A stretch of DNA of 64,000 bases from Chrysomallon squamiferum (Eukaryota > Animalia > Mollusca): positions 5,022,001 through 5,086,000 of the forward strand of contig CM022677.1 of assembly GCA_012295275.1 (NCBI GenBank), read 5' to 3'. Under the pieces are notes generated by a model. The model had not been told where the DNA came from. It saw only the letters and a list, made by a program, of their open reading frames with translations, and made no database searches. Numbering within the stretch: position 1 is the first letter of the stretch; every line of letters starts with the position of its first letter. Below, in pieces: positions 13,211 through 25,819 of this stretch. Position numbers and translations under genes: made by a program.

Positions 13211-13957
13211 CAGGTTTTTCAGAAACTTCTCTGTCTGTTCTGCTGTCTGTGTGTGTCCCATTCTGAAGTTTAGATAACAACACTTGTCTGTTTTGTGCTA
13301 TGTGTCTGAAAAAGTAAAAACAAACAATTTATTTCTTTACTGTTTTTATTTAAACATTATTTACTGTTATATGTGCATATCAATACCATTTACTGATACA
13401 AATGAATGTTTGTAGACAAAAATATATTTCATCTATTAGATTTCAATTGTGCATACATGCATACACAGTCTGAGTTAATGAATAATTAAAAATAAATATT
13501 TAAAAAAATGGTCTAAAGTGGTTTACCAAAATATAAATGTAAATTCTGAATCAAAAAACAAATCAGTATCTTTGAAAAATTAAATATTATAACCTGATTA
13601 TTGATAAATATAAATGTTGCTAAAATATAACAAATATGAAATAAAGAAGAAATATTTTATTTAAGAACATACACAGCTTGTTTTTACTAGTCCTTTCCAT
13701 TTTAAAAGGTAAACAACAAAACAGCTAATGAAAAAGAAAACATGTTTCTGCAAAATGAACTGACACCCTTTTTAAACAAGAAACTAAAAATCTGTTTTTA
13801 ATATACATTTTTCCAGAGAAAACAAAACACATACCTTGATCTTAGCAATATCAGGTGTGGATCAGCAGCTAGATTGTTAAACAACTTTATTAGTCCTGCA
13901 CGTAGGACTGACCCTAGAACCCAACAAACTCTAACCACTGAGCCAGTCTATCCATCA
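13211..13957 (-). pseudogene. Putative decayed exons (13835-13957, 13211-13305) upstream of the CKK exon; product unidentified
   Basis: AG/GT-bounded and phase-compatible: MDRLAQWLEFVGF*GQSYVQ(fs)LIKLFNNLAADPHLILLRSR|HIAQNRQVLLSKLQNGTHTDSRTDREVSEKP. Confidence 0.45.
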
Positions 13958-14312
13958 CTACAAACTTAACAAAGTGAATTAAGTGAATACTTACGGAGAA
14001 GAGTCTGATTTGTTTAGTTCTTGTTTAGTTTTGTTCTGTTGCTAATGACTACTTGGTGTTTTGTGACATCGGACATCCCGTTACCATAGCGATATGCTGA
14101 ATTAAAATTAATATAAATAATAATAAACCCTGCAATATAAGGTGTCTTAAAATAAATCTTTGTAAAAATTCCTTTAATATTAACTTTCTTTATTAGCAGC
14201 CTTAAGAAATACTGACTATTATATAAGGATATTTTAAAGCCTGAAATCATCCATTTTAAATAATAAACAAATATTTACCCAGGTAAAAGCATGTTCAGTA
14301 TATACACTAAAA

Positions 14313-14512
14313 NNNNNNNNNNNNNNNNNNNNNNNNNNNNNNNNNNNNNNNNNNNNNNNNNNNNNNNNNNNNNNNNNNNNNNNNNNNNNNNNNNNNNNNN
14401 NNNNNNNNNNNNNNNNNNNNNNNNNNNNNNNNNNNNNNNNNNNNNNNNNNNNNNNNNNNNNNNNNNNNNNNNNNNNNNNNNNNNNNNNNNNNNNNNNNNN
14501 NNNNNNNNNNNN
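14313..14512. other. Assembly gap (200 N)
   Basis: Run of N. Confidence 0.99.
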
Positions 14513-14800
14513 CTCTGTACGCAGGCTTGTGGGTTGGAGAAGCGGCTCCGAAATCAATCTGGGAAATCTTGGCTCTGTCTGCAAACTCGATCTTCTTGAT
14601 AATGTCCACAAATCGACAGATGTTCGGGTGGGGCATTGCTTTGTTGAGCCGGTTGTGGAATCCTTCCAATGAGTACAAGTCTGTCGAACAGCATTCTTCT
14701 TCTAGAGCTGACTATCTAATTTCACTCATTTCCTCTGCGACAATAAATACTCCACTTTCCGAAGTCCAGCCATGGTGCAAGTCTGCCATCATTTGACATT
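14513..14800 (-). mobile_element. Mutator/MULE transposase C-terminal remnant, apparently internally deleted
   Basis: LEGFHNRLNKAMPHPNICRFVDIIKKIE...QIDFGAASPTHKPAYR resembles the (TNN)xxEGWHNRL..HPNI..FI..IK tail of animal MULE transposases. Confidence 0.72.
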
Positions 14801-15540
14801 CCACAGTTATATTTATATCTAATTTATTTAAATTATAAAGTTAAAATAATAAACACATTTACAAACAAAACATGACGCAAACACACTCCACACAAAACAA
14901 TAAATACTTTAATTAATTGACTTATAGATCGATTGTTTGAGCAGCTAATTAAACTAAACTAAAAAGAAGATGAAGAAGAAGAAGATACTTACTTTCAGAC
15001 TCTAGGCACCAGGTTATCGGAACTTATAACTGTACATAATAAATGTATTAAATGTTAACTACTTTCATATTCTTATTATTTTTCAGGTGCACAACTAAAC
15101 TTGTCATTTCAGGCTTGAAAAAGAAGAAATAAAAATTAAGTAACCTAACACTGGTCAAATGAAACTTTTCAACACTTGTAAATACGTTCAACTTGACTAC
15201 TGTTATTATTACTGCTGCTGCTGTTTTTATTCTTATAAATAAGTATTTATTTTGATTAATTTATTATTTATTCATTTATTCATTCATTCATTATTTTTGT
15301 TGTTATTATTATTATTATTAATAATATTTGTATTAATTTAGTTATTTTGATTATTTTTTATTGTTATTATTATTTATTTATTTTTCTCATCTTCCCCTTG
15401 TTTTGTTCATTTGTATAAAATATTTTTAAACCAATAAAAATATCATAGGTAAAAAATAAAAGAAAAAAGTTGGGAATTGTTGGATGATAAAGAACCAGGC
15501 AAGAAGAAGATGAAAATGTCAAGAGCGCGCATAAACTGAA

Positions 15541-15795
15541 CAGGAATCAGGACCGGACCCTCGTGAATATTGTGATGAAAACAGGAATCAGGACCGGACC
15601 CTCGTGAATTTGGTGATGAAAACAGGAATCAGGACCGGAAGCTCGTGAATCTGGTGATGAAAACAGGAATCAGGACCGGACCCTCGTGAATCTGGTGAAG
15701 AAAACCACAAACAGGACCGGATCCTCGTGAATCTGGTGATGAAAACAGGAATCAGGACCGGACACTCGTGAATCTGGTGATGAAAACCACAAACT
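15541..15795. repeat. 41-bp minisatellite (caggaatcaggaccggaccctcgtgaatctggtgatgaaaa), about 6 copies
   Basis: Period 41 directly visible (15541, 15582, ...). Confidence 0.92.
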
Positions 15796-15916
15796 GAACG
15801 AACTGCACAAATCCTGAAACATCAACAAAACACGAGTTCGTACGATTCGATCTGCTCGCCTTGTGTTCCAGATTAACACACTGTAAGACATATTTAACTA
15901 AATGTATTTTAAAATT

Positions 15917-16266
15917 CAGTGGTACCTCGAGTTACAATTGCTCCAGCTTACGAGTTTTGTGCTTTGAGTTGCGATTTTTTAATTTGAGGTCGAGTTTTTG
16001 CTTTGAGTTGCGAGCCAAAATGCGAGTTACGAGCGAGCTTCAGATATGCCACCACAAGTTGGCGCAAGAAATAAGATAACATTCGCCCAGCATCCTGCGT
16101 CTCACTCGTTTACTTCATGTTGTTACCTCGCCGCGGAAACAGTTTTCTTACTTAAAAACACGTTACAAAAGAAAAATGGGGGTTGGAACGGATTAATGGT
16201 ATTTCAGTTAATTTAAGTTGGGAAAATTGATTTGATATACGAGCAAATTGAGATACGAGCTCGGCA
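15917..16266 (-). mobile_element. Second, truncated copy of the Tigger/pogo-type MITE
   Basis: Begins CAGTGGTACCTCGAGTTAC; 16180-16260 is the reverse complement of 3810-3890. Confidence 0.72.
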
Positions 16267-17590
16267 TAGTTTTAAAGTTTTATTACTAAATAATAAACAA
16301 TAGATACATGAAATAAATTAAAATAAAATTACGCGTAAGATATCTGAGTTTACTGAAATCAAAAATTAAAACTCTTTGCTTTCGACAGCGCAGATGACAT
16401 TGTTTTATTAACGCACTGTAATTCATACACTGACAGCTCGAATTGACGCAACCAACCCTTCACCCCTCAAAAATCAGCCAAAGTGTAACGTTCCATTTCC
16501 AATAAACAAATTGTTTTAATCAAATGGACAAAGTGATAATGAAAAACGTAAATCAAATTATGAAACAGTTTTTATTCGTTTATTTTCAATAAAAACATCA
16601 ATTACGAAACTGTAAATGGAATTAATTTTTTTTTCAGTGCAAATATAAAAATACTTTCATGTAAAAATATAAGAAAATAAATAGAGAAAGAAGGATGATT
16701 AATAATTATTAGAAGATAATAATGAAAGAAGGATTGAAAATAAAACGAGAAAGAAAGATGAGAAAAAAATGAACAGAAGACAATAAAATAAAAGAGAACG
16801 TTGAAAGCATTAATAATAACAACAACAACAACAATAATAATTAATTAAAAAAGAAACAAAGAAAGAAAAGAAATTAAAAACAAAGGAGAAATTTGAAGAT
16901 AAAAAAAAGAAAAAAAAAGAGAAAATGAAAAGCGGATCAAGGTTACACTTGCTCGTAAACAGGTCAACTGCACGCGGTTTGTCGCGCCAGTTTCTACCAG
17001 TTTAAAACGTTAAACTCTCTGAGTGGAGTGAATGAGTTCATAGTTTCTTTAAGTGTTCGAAAAACGTAAAGTACTCTAATAATGATTTTACAATTTCCAA
17101 ATCTGTATGTAAGCTAACTGTGGGGAACGGCAATAAATATCATGATAATTGTTAAATAAAAGAAAGATCGGAACGAGTTTCATCGTCTGTATAAAAATTA
17201 TTAAAAACAAAACGATAATAATTGTATCATCAACAGTATGAAAAACACCCCCCCCTAAAAAACAACAATATAGTAATTTTCTATAGTGATTAACCACATT
17301 CCTGAAAATTGTCAAAATCCACAATAACCCCCTCAATTATTTAATTATATTATTGACTGATAACAAAACTCTGAGTAGTCCATAACATCCATCGTTTGAA
17401 ACCTCTTTTACTAAGTTAGTGATAAGACATTTAAACAATAGTTAGCTGTGGATACTGAAAAATCATAGCTATTATTTAAACTTAATAGAAATACAGAATT
17501 TATTTCACACAATTTGGTAGAGAAATAAAATAAAATATCTAATTCTGGAAAAAAGAATTTTGCAATGGTCTCTTTTCCCTTTTGTTTTAG

Positions 17591-17735
17591 TCTGTTGGTG
17601 ACAAACGTCGTTCTGAAATTAACAGCGCGTTGTGCGGTCTGCGTTACACGCGTTTCTCAGCAAACTGAGGCGAGATGGAGGCCAACCACACGGTAATTTA
17701 ACTCTTTTTCTTACTTACTTACTCTCTTAATTAAC

Positions 17736-17786
<51 letters not shown>

Positions 17787-18970
17787 ATCGTAAGGTTTTA
17801 TTAATATTCATTTTATTTTGTTTGGAGGCGGACGTAGTGTTTACGATAGTAAATGATTTATTTTCAAGATTAGTTTGTGCAAGGCTTTTAATATCTGTCA
17901 TAATATATAACAGTTTATTTTATTTCGTTTGTATATAAATATATATAAATGTTGCATATATTTAATTTTTTATTAAATTTTTAATTGATGTATTTATTAC
18001 CATTATTATTTCTGTTGTTGCTGTTGCTCTTGTTAGTATTCACCGAAAGGTCACAGGTATACAGAATTACCGCCATCACTAATGTATTTAATATAAAATC
18101 GACAAAGATAAATTTAGTAATGTGACTGTATTATTTAGGTGACGAAGGAAAGTACTCTGCAAAGCGGTTGTGTTATACAGAATGACAGAATTATTGCGGT
18201 AAGATTTTTGAAATTATTTTCATTTTAAATGTCATTGCTGTTTAATTCATAACAAAATGTACCCGTTTTGTGAGACTAACTTTTCGCAACGTATATATTT
18301 ATTTGTTTGTTTGTTTCTGACAGATATATACAAAGGATTCAGCCGGCAAACTGGTTATCCGGGAGGTTCCGGACACGGGTTTGAACCGGATGCTGTGCAC
18401 TGGCGTGACTTTGCTGCAGGCAGTCAAACTGCTGGAGATGTCAAACAATGAGGATACAAGCATGTAATTATAACTTTATACTTTCATACAGGTTTATAAC
18501 TTTATACTTTCATACAGATTTATAACTTTCTACTTACATACAGATTTATTTATTAAGATACAAGCAAGTAATTTATAACTTTATACTTTCATACAGATTT
18601 ATAACTTACTATACAACCAGGTAATTTGTAACTTTCTTATACTTACATAAGTTTCATATATACAAGTATTCTGAAATATTTATATACAGTAATATTGTAT
18701 TATTAGTCTAATACATTGTCTATACATGTATGGTTTTGCTATAAGAATGAATCTAATTTTAGTTATAAATAAATTTTCAGTGATTCTGTTACTAAAAACA
18801 GTATTTGGAAACAGTTATTCATCAATAGCATAAAATATTTTAAAACAGTAAAATAGAAAATGTAACCCAGTGCTGATGAAAAGGTAATTTAGATGAGTTT
18901 TGTGTTTTCAGTGAGACTGGGTACAAGTGGGACTGATCTCAATGACGTGCCTCACAACAGCTTGCTCTGA
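17591..18970 (+). pseudogene. Spliced gene or pseudogene with a divergent PDZ-like domain
   Basis: Candidate exons 17591-17692, 18037/18057-18083, 18139-18198, 18324-~18463, 18912-18970. The middle three join in frame as VYRITAITN|VTKESTLQSGCVIQNDRIIA|IYTKD...CTGVTLLQAVKLLEMSNNE, resembling PDZ beta-C, GDRILAIN and helix B. The first exon has stops or frame conflicts. Confidence 0.45.
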
Positions 18971-19410
18971 GTTTTTTCAAGGAAGACAATTATGATCACA
19001 TTACTAAATTTAAAAAAAACATAATAATAATATCTGAAATAAAACTTAAATGTTATCAGATGTCATTTGTGTTTGTAATTGCTTTCAACCATTTTTAATA
19101 GCATATATCTGATAAAAACCAGAACCTACATAACAAACTAGACAGGAAAATCCAAGAATCCGTTTACAAATTGAGAATCCCAAGTTTTACAATTTAAAAT
19201 CCCAAATTCAGTTTACAAAACTAACTTCTAAGTATCACATTTCTAAAATTGAGTACGTAAATTCTGAGTATATCATTTATTTATTTCATGAGCATTTGTT
19301 TAGCATTTAATATGACTCAGATTGTAATCAAATTTTTAATAATCACAGACATAGTTTTGTAACTGGTAAAATAAAGGTTTCCATTAGTGTGTGTGTGTGT
19401 GTGTGTGCAG

Positions 19411-19850
19411 GAAATTTCACTTGTGTCAGTAGACTACAAAGATGTACAAATCTAAACTTCCCTGTAGCAGGAACTGATCCAAAAGTACCTGGGCCTGAGC
19501 CAAACCTCTAACAGTTTGAGCGTTTCAGAAATGGTTTCCGACTTGGTTTCTAGAACAACTGCAGAGGTGGGGGGAGGTTATGAGGGTTACCATGCTGACC
19601 ACACCTAGCCTAGATGAGTGTTTTACAGAAGCAGTATTTACATCTTGTGACGATGTCTTTGATTCAGCAGTTTGTTCACATCCTGCTCTGTCTCAGTAAT
19701 ACTGCAAAGTCAAGACCACAAGTTCATCAAACAATGGAATTCATCAAACAGTGGAATTCATCAAACAGTGGAAGTTATCTGGCTAAGAGACCACTGGAAG
19801 TCCCTGATTTCAATAAATACACATACAACATGAGCTCAGACAATAAAATG
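19411..19850 (+). pseudogene. Possible decayed terminal exon of the PDZ-like gene
   Basis: (GT)n-cag acceptor, coding-like composition with stops (EISLVSVDYKDVQI*...), AATAAA near 19813 and 19843. Confidence 0.25.
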
Positions 19851-20321
19851 TAACATAAAAAAATAAATATGTATTCAAAAAGAACCTACTGTGTGAGAAA
19901 GAGATTCAAAAATCAAAAAATAATATAAAGAATAAACACATTTCCCCCAAACTTTTTCTCAGTTTATTTACAAATACATATACTTGCATTTTTATTTGGA
20001 TTCTTTCCTTAAGGATCCAAAATATAGTATGTTTTTTCTAAAGTAATATAATAAAAATTAAAATTAGATATTATATACAATATAAAAACTTATACACATA
20101 TATGATCTTCAAAAATACCATTACAAAATGTAAATAAACAATAAGAATAGTTCCCTAAGATCCTGAATACAAAAATATGTATATATTATAGAATATTATC
20201 AACTCCTAATTTAGACAATGATAAAACTGGTTGGTCTCTTTGCAGAAGTGATTCAACAAACAGCCTCATAAAACTGATCCACTGTTTTTACACACAAATG
20301 TCACAATTCCCATTCTTCAAT

Positions 20322-21200
20322 CTCTCAACTTTTTGATTTTCTTCAGTTTCTCAGCTTTCTGATTTTCTTGTCTCTCAGCTTTTTGATTTTCTTGTCTCTC
20401 AGCTTTTTGATTTTCTTCAGTTTCTCAGCTTTCTGATTTTCATGTCTCTCAGCTTTTTGATTTTCTTGTCTCTCAGCTTTTTGATTTTCATGTCTCTCAG
20501 CTTTTTGATTTTCTTGTCTCTCAGCTTTCTGATTTTCTTCAGTTTCTCAGCTTTCTGATTTTCTTGTCTCTCAGCTTTTGGATTGTCTTGTCTCTCAGCT
20601 TTCTGATTTTCATGTCTCTCAGTTTTCTGATTTTCTTGTTTCTCAGCTTTCTGATTTTCTTCAGTTTCTCAGCTTTTTGATTTTCTTCAGTTTCTCAGCT
20701 TTTTGATTTTCTTCAGTTTCTCAACTTTCTGATTTTCTTGTCTCTCAGCTTTCTGATTTTCTTGTCTCTCAGCTTTCTGATTGTCTTGTCTCTCAGCTTT
20801 CTGATTTTCTTGTTTCACAGCTTTTTGATTTACTTGTCTCTCAGCTTTCTGATTTTCTTGTTTCACAGCTTTTTTATTTTCTTGTTTCTCAACTTTCTGA
20901 TTTTCTTGTCTCTCAGCTTTCTGATTTACTTGTCTCTCAGCTTTCTGATTGTCTTGTCTCTCAGCTTTCTGATTTTCTTGTTTCTCAGCTTTCTGATTTT
21001 CTTGTTTCTCAGCTTTCTGATGTTCATGTCTGTCAGCCTTTTGATTTTCTTGTCTCTCAGCTTTCTGATTTTCATGTCTCTCAGCTTTCTGATTTTCTTG
21101 TTTCTCAGCTTTCTGATTTTCTTGTTTACAGCTTTCTGATTTTCTTGTTTCTCAGCTTTCTGATTTTCATGTCTCTCAGCTTTCTGATTTTCTTCAGTTT
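20322..21200. repeat. 24-bp minisatellite (ctttctgattttcttgtctctcag) with 26-bp variants, about 36 copies
   Basis: Directly visible; it explains the ORFs 20738-21139 and 20926-21335. Confidence 0.95.
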
Positions 21201-21232
21201 CAACAGGATCTTTGAGCTGCCTTCCTGGCATT

Positions 21233-21273
<41 letters not shown>

Positions 21274-21708
21274 AAACAAAGATAAAAGTTAATGTCATAA
21301 ACCGGAAAAGCATATAATAAAATAGTAATACACATATTAATAGTTTAGTAAACATAATAATAATTGCAAAAACTACTGTATAAAGATATAATTTCCAAAC
21401 TGCTTTATATTTAAATTAATAAAGAGAAGAAAATAGTAAATAACAGAAGTCATAGTGAAGTCTTTGGTGAAATTTGTAAAACACTTTCATATCTGAACAT
21501 TTTCTTACTTCCCAAATTCAAACTGTTTAGATGCAAAATGTGATAAGATTAAAAACAGAAGCAAAGTTTTGTCTGTAACAACTGAAAAATTATAATCTTA
21601 ACTCTAAACCAAAATTATAGTTCATTAGTTTCATTAATGTTTAATAAGATAGGAAATCATTTATGGATTTTTGGAAAGTTAAATTCATAGACACTCAACT
21701 AGAACGAC

Positions 21709-21806
21709 ATATAACTAACAATAAAAGTCATAACTAACAACAAAAGTCATAACTAACAATAAAAGTCATAACTAACAACAAAAGTCATAACTAACAACAA
21801 AAGTCA
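21709..21806. repeat. 19-bp tandem repeat (cataactaacaacaaaagt), about 5 copies
   Basis: Directly visible. Confidence 0.9.
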
Positions 21807-21952
21807 TGTGACACAACTGTTGCTCAGCCCTGCCTCACATCTCACATCTTCATCATCTTCATTGCTGATGATATCCATGTTTTTGCCAGAATGTTTGTGC
21901 TCATCATCTGGTTCACTGTTTTACTTTTTGTTAGTTATCCTTTCATTTCTTT

Positions 21953-22100
21953 CTTCCTAGAGTTCCTTTCTTTCTTTCATTCCTTTCTTCCTAGAGTTCC
22001 TTTCTTTCTTTCATTCCTTTCTTCCTAGAGTTCCTTTCTTTCTTTCATTCCTTTCTTCCTAGAGTTCCTTTCTTTCTTTCATTCCTTTCTTCCTAGAGTT
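21953..22100. repeat. 34-bp pyrimidine-rich tandem repeat, about 4 copies
   Basis: ttcctagagttcctttctttctttcattcctttc repeated. Confidence 0.9.
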
Positions 22101-22679
22101 TTGGTTTTGCTGTTATAAAAATGTTTTTTCAGGAGAGGTAGTTTATCCAGTTTTTTTTTAGAGAAGAAAACTGAAATACTGCAGCTATATTAATTCCAGT
22201 TAAATCATCCATATAGTATAAAGAGAAAATGATTTATTTAGAAATGTCCAAGCAATTATATATTAGGAAAGTATTTAAATTTCAAATAATTTTAGTACGG
22301 TCTCTGTTAATTTTATGACAGCTTTATGTGGAAAGTCTTGAGCTTAATTTTTCAACATTTATAGTAAAACACTGTTTAATAAACCTTCATTTACCCAGTT
22401 TGAAGGACATACTCTGTTAACTGCTGTTAATGAATGGAAAGTGCTACAGGTAAACAGTGTTATCACTGGCTTTTGTTATCTCATAGTTACAAATATTTAA
22501 ATAATTATCTTCAACTGGTTTGTTCCAGTACAAAGAGGTAATGAGTGAACACAGTAACTGTCAGTGTTGCTTACTTCATCTGACATTCAGGAGAAATCCA
22601 GTGTAACATCAGATCTACAAGATAGCTGAAAAATGAAACAGGATCTTGACTAAAGATGTTTTTCACCATTTACATTACT

Positions 22680-22742
<63 letters not shown>

Positions 22743-24618
22743 CTGAACAGCATCTGCAATGTTGTCTGCTTCTGCTGTTTGGATGTTTTGATGTCAACAA
22801 CACCATCACTCGCTGTTTGCTAGGCAAGTCGTGAAATACTTTCAAATATGCTGCTATGATCGGACCTTGTCAGTGAGTATATTATTTTTATTTTTATTTG
22901 TTTTTCAGATCATTTCTCAACTTGGTATGAAGATTAAGTGACTGGCATACCGAAAATAGATCTATGGTTTTTGATCGGAAATTAATTTAGCAAACCGAGC
23001 ATTAAATTATTTAATAATTCTTACTACTTTAGCATCCAATTTAATAAACTTTTTTTTTTCAAACATTTTAGCTGACATTTCTATATTTAATGTTTTTGTA
23101 TTGAATAATCATTTATGATTGTGTACGACACAAAACAAATGTCTTTTGTGGTTAACATCCACTTACATACAAACAGAAAGAAAGAAAACTAGAAAAAAAG
23201 AAAGAACAACAAAACAAAAGAAACAACAAAATATGAAGAAAAAAGGGAAAAAGATGAAACAAGAATCAGAAAAAGCAAGGAAAAGAAAAGAAACAGGAAA
23301 AAGAATAAGCCAAGATATAATAAAAACAAAACAAAAACAACAATCTCTCTTTCTCTCTTGTAATTATTTAAAATTTATTAATATTAAACTAATTTTAAAA
23401 TTCATTCAGTCTTAGTTCTTTGTTTTTTATCAATACATAATTGTTTTTGTTTTTATTACTAATACTTTTTAAACTTTAACTGAAATGAAATAATATATAA
23501 AATATAAAATAAAAATAAAATAAGAATAAGAATAAGAATAATTATTATTATTTGAATAGTATTAATTAATAATTAAATTAATAAATAAAAATAGTAAAAT
23601 AACAAACAATTTAAATATAGAATTCTTATTTGATATGAAGAAACAATATTTACAAGATATATAAAAAAACACAAACATATTTGTTATATAAGAACTTTTT
23701 TATTGAAACAACTTTGAAACACTTGAGAACTAAACAAAAACAATGTATGAAAATGTGTTCAAGGGACATAATTCTAAAACGAAAATGTCTGCTATACATG
23801 TTCTACAAAACTGCAAAACCTACTCCTATATTTTTGTAATAAGTCTTTTCCTGAGCAATTTTCACACACTGAAAGAATTATCTCCCTTTACGTGTTTTTC
23901 TGTAAAGAGGTAAAATATGTAATTGGTTCACAGCTATCTGCTGACTTCTAAACAAACTACAAATTCTGAAAAAAAAAAAAGAAGAAAAAACAAAATCAAA
24001 AATCTGTTTATAGATAATAATTATTTTTAAAAACCTATATCAGAAGAAAAGAAAAAAGATTTTAATACTTCTTAACTTTAACAATTTCAATTTTATACAT
24101 AAAAATTAATTTGTGACAGAAGTGACTATAACTGAAGGATGTTTGTTTAGATGAATATATAATATAAATATATTACATAAAAAAGTGACTGCACCCAGAA
24201 ATGTGAGTAAAATATGTGTAATATGTATAAAAGAGACAAGTGTATGTTTAATCAGTCTGGTAACTCACCTCAGTTTCTTCATAACAAGACATCTTAGCTC
24301 TGACTGCCTCAGTCTGTCCTCTGCACCATTGTTCTCTTGTGTCAGTGATATAGAAATCCACCCACAACACACCCGATCAGAAACAACCCCTGTAAAAAAA
24401 AAAAAAATTATTAGAATTTTCTTCATTTTATCACTGTGAAACCTTTCAGAAAATAAATAATAATATAAAAAAAAAAAAAAAAATAATAGCACAAAAAATA
24501 ATAATAATACTAATAATAAAAAAAAATAATAATAAAAAAAAAAATAATAATAAATAATAATAATAAAAAAAAAATAATAATAATAATAATAATAAAATAA
24601 TAATAAAAAATAAAAAAA

Positions 24619-24656
<38 letters not shown>

Positions 24657-24699
24657 GAACAACAATAATAATAATACTAATAAATTTCAGCAGAAGGTG

Positions 24700-25800
24700 A
24701 TAGAGATTAAAATTTTTGAAATAATGAAACAAATATTTGGGTGATGTGATAAAAAACAACAAGAAAATTTCAGCAGGTGATAGATTTTGTAAGTGGCTGA
24801 AAGGGTGATGTGATAAAAGTTTTATGAAATAAAATGGGAACTTATATAATACAAGCCAGAATGATACAAGCCAGGAAAATTGATGAAATAGAATTGAAAG
24901 GTCTAAAAATAAAGGCAAGAATTTTAAAATCTGAAACTGTAGTTGTTTCCTTTTTACACTTGCCTGCATACATAGAAGATGAAGAAATTGAAGAAAAATT
25001 GAAAGAAATGAAAATAGAAATTTTAACACCAATTTATAGCAGAGTATACAAAGGGACAAAAATAGCAGATGGCACAAGATATGAGAGTGAAATTTCCACC
25101 GAAATAAAAAGTCTACCATATTCAATGAAATTTTGGATATACAAAGGAATAAAATATTTTTGTATATTACATGACAATCAGATAAAAGTCTGTTACAATT
25201 GTATGGCAGACAATCATTTGTTGAAAGACTGTCCAAGTATAACTTGTCATAATTGTAAACAAAAAGGACATTTTGCAAGAAACTGCCCTAACATTTTTCT
25301 GTTTGAAAAGTGTGGAAACAAAGAAGATGAATGTGAGTGTTGGACAGAGTATGACAGTGAAGACAAAAAAACAGTGACAGTGACAGTGATGATATGGACT
25401 ATACTACAGACAATGTAAAATCAAAGGGGAAAAAAGAAAGTGATGGTATGGAGTATACTACAGATAATGTAAAATCAAAGGAGAAAAAAGAAAGAGAAGC
25501 AAAAAGTATCCACAGGATAAATACAACAGAAATGAAAAGCAATAAGGAAAAACAAAAATCAGAAAATGGAGAAAAATCAGAAAAACCCCTGATGAAAACA
25601 AATCAGTGAAAAATACTAACAAGGAAGCTGAAACCATCGAAGCAGTGAACGAACGAGCTTGATCAAGCGTCCGTCAGAAGAAAAACTGTGGAGCTTGGTA
25701 GAAAACAGAAAACAAAAACAGAGACAAGCAGCACGCATGAAAAGTGTGAGAGAAAGTGTTGCCAGGGCGATGAACGAGTATGGTGGGGGAATATAAACAA
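24700..25800 (+). mobile_element. Tx1/L1-clade LINE ORF1 (gag-like, tandem CCHC zinc knuckles), degenerate
   Basis: VVVSFLHLPAYIEDEEI, IADGTRY, SLPYSMKF, HDNQIKVCYNCMADNHLLKDCPSITCHNCKQKGHFARNCP. Confidence 0.9.
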
Positions 25801-25819
25801 GATATAGAATACTTTAAAA

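Noticed and set aside
14234-14611. ORFs spanning N runs (also 47099-47348)
   Set aside because: Artefacts of translating through assembly gaps.
15541-15795. 41-bp array as a CRISPR locus
   Set aside because: Head-to-tail near-identical units with no unique spacers, no cas genes, eukaryotic context.
20738-21139. 133-aa LSFLIF-repeat ORF as a transmembrane protein
   Set aside because: Translation of the 24-bp minisatellite.
24265-25278. 337-aa hydrophobic minus-strand ORF as a membrane protein
   Set aside because: Mostly the antisense shadow of A-rich LINE ORF1 plus a simple repeat; only 24269-24389 looks like a real exon.
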